Of a DNA stretch of 45,110 nt, positions 40,848 through 45,110 are shown piece by piece. The stretch lies in NCBI GenBank assembly GCA_021815055.1, contig JAKAHJ010000001.1:1-45110 (forward strand), given 5' to 3'. How positions within the stretch are numbered: the first letter of the stretch is position 1; each line of letters begins with the position of its first letter. The DNA is from Pseudomonadota bacterium (GTDB lineage Bacteria > Pseudomonadota > Alphaproteobacteria > Rhizobiales > Xanthobacteraceae). The notes beneath the pieces are model-generated. The model ran no database searches. It worked only from the letters and a program-made list of their open reading frames with translations, and was not told the origin of the DNA. Made by a program: the position numbers and the translations under genes.

Positions 40848-40993
40848 GCCGGCTATCCACCTCCCCTAGGTTCACTCACGCTCGCCGACGCTTCCCCTCC
40901 AGGGGGCGAAAGAAGCGCGGTGGTGAGACTTTATTAACCATATAAAGCGTTAATCGGACGGGAATTCCTTTTCACCGGCCCGGATTCGTTTTG

Positions 40994-41995
40994 ATGCGGG
41001 GAAGCCGATTTTTGCTGGGACTGGCGGTCGCACTTGCGGCTGCCGGTTGCGCACGTCAGCAGCAAGGCTATTACGTCGTCGATCCGCAAACCGGCCAGCC
41101 GGTCTTTGCGCAGCCGGCCTATCAGCCGCCGCCGCCGACCGCTGCAAGCGACCGGCGCGGCCTGTTCTCGTCCTCGCCTGCCTATGCGCAGCAGTACTAC
41201 GAGCCCGCCCCCGCGCCGCAGACGGCCTATCAGCCGGCGCCCGCCCCGCAGCCGCCATCGGCGCAGACGGAGCAGCGCGGCCTGTTCAATACGCCCGGCT
41301 TCTTCGCAGGGCGGAGCCGCGCACCGGCCTATGTCCAGCAGCCGGCCTATGCCCCGCAGCCGGTTTACGCCCCGGCGCCGCAGGCTAGCGCGCCGCAATA
41401 TGCGCCCCAACCGCAATATTCCCCGGCCCCACGCTATGGCGCCTCGATCGGCGGACCCTATGCGGCGGCGCCGGCGCCCGCCGCGGTGCCGGTATCCGCC
41501 GTCGCGGTGCCGGTGGCCGTGCCGACGAACTACCAGCCGAATTACACGCTCGATTCCGGCGACCGGCTGCGCATCGTGGTCTACGGCCAGGAGGGCATCA
41601 CCAGCAGCTACATCGTCGGCGCCGACGGCAATGTGAACCTGCCGCTGATCGGGGCGGTGCCAGCGCGCGGCTTCTCGACGCAGCAACTCTCGAAGATGAT
41701 CGCCGAACGGCTCAAGCAAGGCTATGTGCGCGAGCCGCATGTGAGCGTGGAGGTCGAGGTCTACCGGCCGTTCTTCATCCTCGGCGAGGTGACCACACCC
41801 GGCCAATATCCTTACGTCGCCAACATGACGGCGGAGACCGCGATCGCGATCGCGGGCGGCTTCTCGCCGCGCGCCGACAAGCGACAGGTGGTTCTCACCC
41901 ACAATTCGCCCGGCCCGCCGTTCCGCGGGCCGGTGCCGCTGAACTATCCGGTGCGGCCCGGCGATACGGTGCTGGTCAAGGAGCGGTGGTTTTAA
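40994..41995 (+). CDS. Polysaccharide export lipoprotein (Wza/Poly_export plus SLBB) with Pro/Gln/Ala-rich linker
   Basis: Lipobox AAGC; YTLDSGD.LRI, G.V.LPLIG.V, FFILGEV..PG.YP, AGGF..RA. Confidence 0.82.
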   Translation: MRGSRFLLGLAVALAAAGCARQQQGYYVVDPQTGQPVFAQPAYQPPPPTAASDRRGLFSSSPAYAQQYYEPAPAPQTAYQPAPAPQPPSAQTEQRGLFNTPGFFAGRSRAPAYVQQPAYAPQPVYAPAPQASAPQYAPQPQYSPAPRYGASIGGPYAAAPAPAAVPVSAVAVPVAVPTNYQPNYTLDSGDRLRIVVYGQEGITSSYIVGADGNVNLPLIGAVPARGFSTQQLSKMIAERLKQGYVREPHVSVEVEVYRPFFILGEVTTPGQYPYVANMTAETAIAIAGGFSPRADKRQVVLTHNSPGPPFRGPVPLNYPVRPGDTVLVKERWF

Positions 41996-42032
41996 GGCTT
42001 TGTCTCAGGACCGTGATCCGCAGTTTTCTCCG

Positions 42033-42129
42033 CCTCATCCTGAGGAGCATCGCGAAAGCGATGCGTCTCGAAGGATGGGGCGGCCCATGCTTCGAGACGC
42101 GCTGCTGCGCAGCGCTCCTCAGCATGAGG
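42033..42129. repeat. Palindromic element family B
   Basis: CCTCATCCTGAGGAG...CTCGAAGGATG...CTTCGAGACG...CTCCTCAGCATGAGG; partial family E hairpin at about 42154-42179. Confidence 0.87.
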
Positions 42130-42192
42130 CCGAATTGAGACTGCGACGTATGAGGTCCCCAGCTTCGCGGGGATGAACGGCCAAATGGCCGC

Positions 42193-42864
42193 TCACTTCA
42201 TATGCTTCGCCAGAAATTCCTGCGTGCGGCCCCAGGCGATATCGGCCGGTCCCTTGCGATAGCTCGCGCGCTCGTCGCAATAGAAGCCGTGCGGCGCATC
42301 CGGATAGGTGTAGATTTCCGCCTGCGGCTGCTTCTTCTTGATTTCTTCCACCGTCGCCATCGGGATGCTTTCGTCCGTCTCGCCGAAATGCATCTGGATC
42401 GGGCATTTCGGCTTTTCGTCGGCAAACTTGCCGATCATGCCGCCGTAAAAAGCGACCGCGGCTGCAAAACCGGGAAGACGGCAGGCGGCGAGGAAGGCCG
42501 CGGTGCCGCCCATGCAGAAGCCGACCACACCCAAGGGGCCGACGCCTTTGAGATCGCCTTGGGCGGCCGCGACATCGGCCATCATGTTGTCCCAGTTGAG
42601 ATTGCCGAGATAGCTGCGGGCGTTGGCGATCTCGTCCGGCGTATAGCCGGATTCGAAATCGCGCACGAAACGGTCGAACACCGCCGGCGCCACCGCGACA
42701 TAGCCGAGCGCCGCGAGCCGGTCGCAGACCGCGCGGATGTGATGATTGACGCCGAAAATCTCCTGCACGACGACCATGCCGCCCTTCGGCGCACCGGCCG
42801 GATCGGCGCGGTAGGCGCCCAGCGTGTGGCGATCGGACGTGGTGAGCTTGAACTGCTTGCCCAA
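42193..42864 (-). CDS. Dienelactone hydrolase family protein
   Basis: QEIFGVN, GFCMGG nucleophile, HGF; TTG start after GGGAGG. Confidence 0.9.
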   Translation of the reverse strand: MGKQFKLTTSDRHTLGAYRADPAGAPKGGMVVVQEIFGVNHHIRAVCDRLAALGYVAVAPAVFDRFVRDFESGYTPDEIANARSYLGNLNWDNMMADVAAAQGDLKGVGPLGVVGFCMGGTAAFLAACRLPGFAAAVAFYGGMIGKFADEKPKCPIQMHFGETDESIPMATVEEIKKKQPQAEIYTYPDAPHGFYCDERASYRKGPADIAWGRTQEFLAKHMK

Positions 42865-42987
42865 GGAAACCTCCCATTTATTGCAATCGATGAGATGCCG
42901 GGAAACGCGTGTCGCGCCCGCGGCGGGGTTCTAGCATGGAAGCGCGTCATTCGTCATGGCCGGGACCGAAGAATAACGCGATACGCC

Positions 42988-43986
42988 TCAGCCAAACGCT
43001 TGCGCCAGCAGCGCGTAGGAGCGTTTGCGCGCCGCGTGGTCGTGGACCATGGTCGTGACCATCAGTTCGTCGGCTTCGGTCGCATCGAGCAGCGGCTTGA
43101 GCCGCGCCATCACGGTCGCCGGCGAGCCGACCGCCACCCGCTGGCGGTTGTGCGCAATGCGCGCTCTGTCGGCCGGCGAGTAATCGTAAGCCGCAGCCTC
43201 CTCGGGCGACGCGAGCGGCAGATATTCTCCCTTGGCCCGGCGCACAAAATTCAGGTCGACGGTCGCGGCCAGCCGCTCCGCTTCGGCGTCGGTGCCGGCG
43301 CATACTACATGCGTCGCCAGAATGGCGTAGGGCTCGGCATGCGCGGGCGACGGCTTGAAATTCTCGCGGTAGAGCCGCATCGCCTCGGCGGCGTCGAAAT
43401 TGGCGAAGTGGTGGGCGAACGCAAAGGCCGCGCCGATACGGCCGGCAAGCTGCGCGCTGTAATCGGACGAGCCCAACAGGTAGATCGGCGGCAGCGGCAC
43501 GTCCGCCGGCATCGCGTGCACATTATGGAAGGGATGGCCCTCGGGGAATTTGCGGGTCTCGAGCAGCATCAGTTCGTTGAAGCGCTCGAGGAAATCGTCC
43601 TCCTCGCTGATGCCCTGGCGGCGGCGCAGCGCATAGGAGGTCGCCGGATCGGTGCCGGGCGCGCGCCCGAGCCCGAGATCGATGCGGCCGGGAAAAAGCG
43701 CCTCCAGCACCTTGAAGCGCTCGGCCACCGTCAGCGGCGCGTGGTTCGGCAGCATCACGCCGCCGGAACCGACACGGATGCGCGCCGTCAGCGCCGCGAT
43801 CTGGCCGATCATGATGTCGGGCGCGGAGCTCGCGATCGCCGGCATATTGTGATGCTCGGCAACCCAATAGCGCGTGAAGCCGAGCCGGTCGGCATGCTGC
43901 GCCAGATCGAGCGAATTGTGCAGCGCCTGGGCGCCGCCGGAGCCGGCCGCCACCGGCGAGAGATCGAGGATCGAAAGGGGGAACAT
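42988..43986 (-). CDS. LLM-class flavin-dependent oxidoreductase (luciferase-like)
   Basis: [33 protein letters not shown]. Confidence 0.9.
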   Translation of the reverse strand: MFPLSILDLSPVAAGSGGAQALHNSLDLAQHADRLGFTRYWVAEHHNMPAIASSAPDIMIGQIAALTARIRVGSGGVMLPNHAPLTVAERFKVLEALFPGRIDLGLGRAPGTDPATSYALRRRQGISEEDDFLERFNELMLLETRKFPEGHPFHNVHAMPADVPLPPIYLLGSSDYSAQLAGRIGAAFAFAHHFANFDAAEAMRLYRENFKPSPAHAEPYAILATHVVCAGTDAEAERLAATVDLNFVRRAKGEYLPLASPEEAAAYDYSPADRARIAHNRQRVAVGSPATVMARLKPLLDATEADELMVTTMVHDHAARKRSYALLAQAFG

Positions 43987-44196
43987 AAAATCCCGACCTG
44001 CCTTTGCAGAATTGGTTCGGCCAGTCATATACAATTACATTGCCGTCGTCCCCGCCAAGCGCAAGCCAAACCTGAGACGACGCGCGCGAGGTAGGTGCAA
44101 TCCCGAGGCTGCCACTTTGCCGTTTCTCGCCCGCGTCGCGGCCGGTATGATGGCGCAAATTCGTGCCGGTGATCTACTTCGAGGGAATCCAAGCCG

Positions 44197-45110
44197 ATGG
44201 CCTCGCTGACCGAATGGAAAGTGCCGGCAGCCGCGCAGCCGCGCCCGGAAGACTACCCTTACGACCTCGAGCGCGCGCTCAGTTCGGTGGTCGGGCTGCA
44301 CGCGCTCATCCCGCCCGACGCCTTCACCGCCGACACGCTCGGCACCGAACGCGCCGGCAACGGCGTCTTGATCGACGACGGGCTGGTGCTCACCATCGGC
44401 TATCTCATCACCGAGGCGGAAACCGTCTGGCTGCATCTCGGCGACGGCCGCGTGATGCAGGGCCATGCGCTCGGTTTTGATCAGACGACCGGCTTCGGCC
44501 TGGTGCAGGCGCTTGGCCGCCTCGATCTGCCTACGCTTCCGATCGGCACTTCCGCCGCCGCGCAAGTCGGCGATCGCGTGGTGGTCGGCGGCATCGGCGG
44601 GCGCACGCGTTCGCTCGCCGCGCATATCGCCGCCAAGCAGGAATTCGCCGGCTATTGGGAATACGTACTCGACGAGGCGATCTTCACTTCACCCGCCCAT
44701 CCGAACTGGGGCGGCACGGCACTGATCTCGCCCGCGGGCGAATTGATCGGCATCGGCTCGCTCCAGCTCGAACGCGAGCGTTCCGGCAAGAACGAGCACC
44801 TCAACATGATGGTGCCGATCGACCTGTTGAAACCGATCCTCGACGACCTGCGCCGCTTCGGCCGCGTCAACCAGCCGGCGCGGCCGTGGCTCGGCGTCTA
44901 TTCGACCGAGATCGAGGACAAGATCGTGGTTGTCGGCATCGCGGCCAAGGGCCCGGCCGCGCGCGCGGAATTGCGCACCGGCGACGTCGTCGCCGCGGTC
45001 GCCGGCGAGCGCGTCTCGACGCTCGGCGCCTTCTATCGCAAGGTCTGGTCGCTGGGCGAGGCGGGTGTCGAAGTGCCGCTCACGCTCTACCGCGAGGGCG
45101 TCACCTTCGA
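44197..45110 (+). CDS. S1C/HtrA-like trypsin-fold plus PDZ protein (runs off window end)
   Basis: Manual translation MASLTEWKVP...GNGVLIDDGLVLTIGYL...PNWGGTALI...RPWLG...GPAARAEL..GD. Confidence 0.8.
   Translation, partial: MASLTEWKVPAAAQPRPEDYPYDLERALSSVVGLHALIPPDAFTADTLGTERAGNGVLIDDGLVLTIGYLITEAETVWLHLGDGRVMQGHALGFDQTTGFGLVQALGRLDLPTLPIGTSAAAQVGDRVVVGGIGGRTRSLAAHIAAKQEFAGYWEYVLDEAIFTSPAHPNWGGTALISPAGELIGIGSLQLERERSGKNEHLNMMVPIDLLKPILDDLRRFGRVNQPARPWLGVYSTEIEDKIVVVGIAAKGPAARAELRTGDVVAAVAGERVSTLGAFYRKVWSLGEAGVEVPLTLYREGVTF

Noticed and set aside
40934-40953. Possible CtrA site (TTAACCAT) upstream of the polysaccharide export gene
   Set aside because: Only a half-site; the second TTAA is 12 nt away rather than 7.

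Overview
A GC-rich alphaproteobacterial (Hyphomicrobiales-like) chromosomal segment, mostly housekeeping genes: acnA (partial), ccmABCD-ccmG, yciB/ispZ, ftsY, an RluA-family pseudouridine synthase, ffh-rpsP-rimM-trmD-rplS, leuC/leuD, a CitE-like lyase, carbonic anhydrase, mutM, argG, sdhCDAB, a LysR regulator and a MaoC-type hydratase. Further on are an ECF sigma/NrsF/MXKDX/cytochrome b/Mo-oxidoreductase stress module, pcaIJF-pcaH, msrA and others. The striking feature is a dense population of 95-160 bp palindromic (REP/MITE-like) elements from at least six families. Family A (CGTCATTGCGA...TCGCAATGACG) has eight copies, with CTAG-ended outer arms on some. Five copies cluster in a 3.7 kb accessory patch (28076-31800) that has no integrase or transposase. 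There they sit between a VapC toxin, a Phd antitoxin, a 96-aa stand-alone GIY-YIG nuclease and a DNA methyltransferase whose central domain is AT-rich. The best candidate for an undescribed system is this GIY-YIG/CGTC-REP unit, which may be analogous to RAYT/REPIN; this is a hypothesis. Element ends also overlap host stop codons and ribosome-binding sites, and one element is inserted in frame within the RluA-family gene. All calls come from reading the sequence by eye; no database searches were run.
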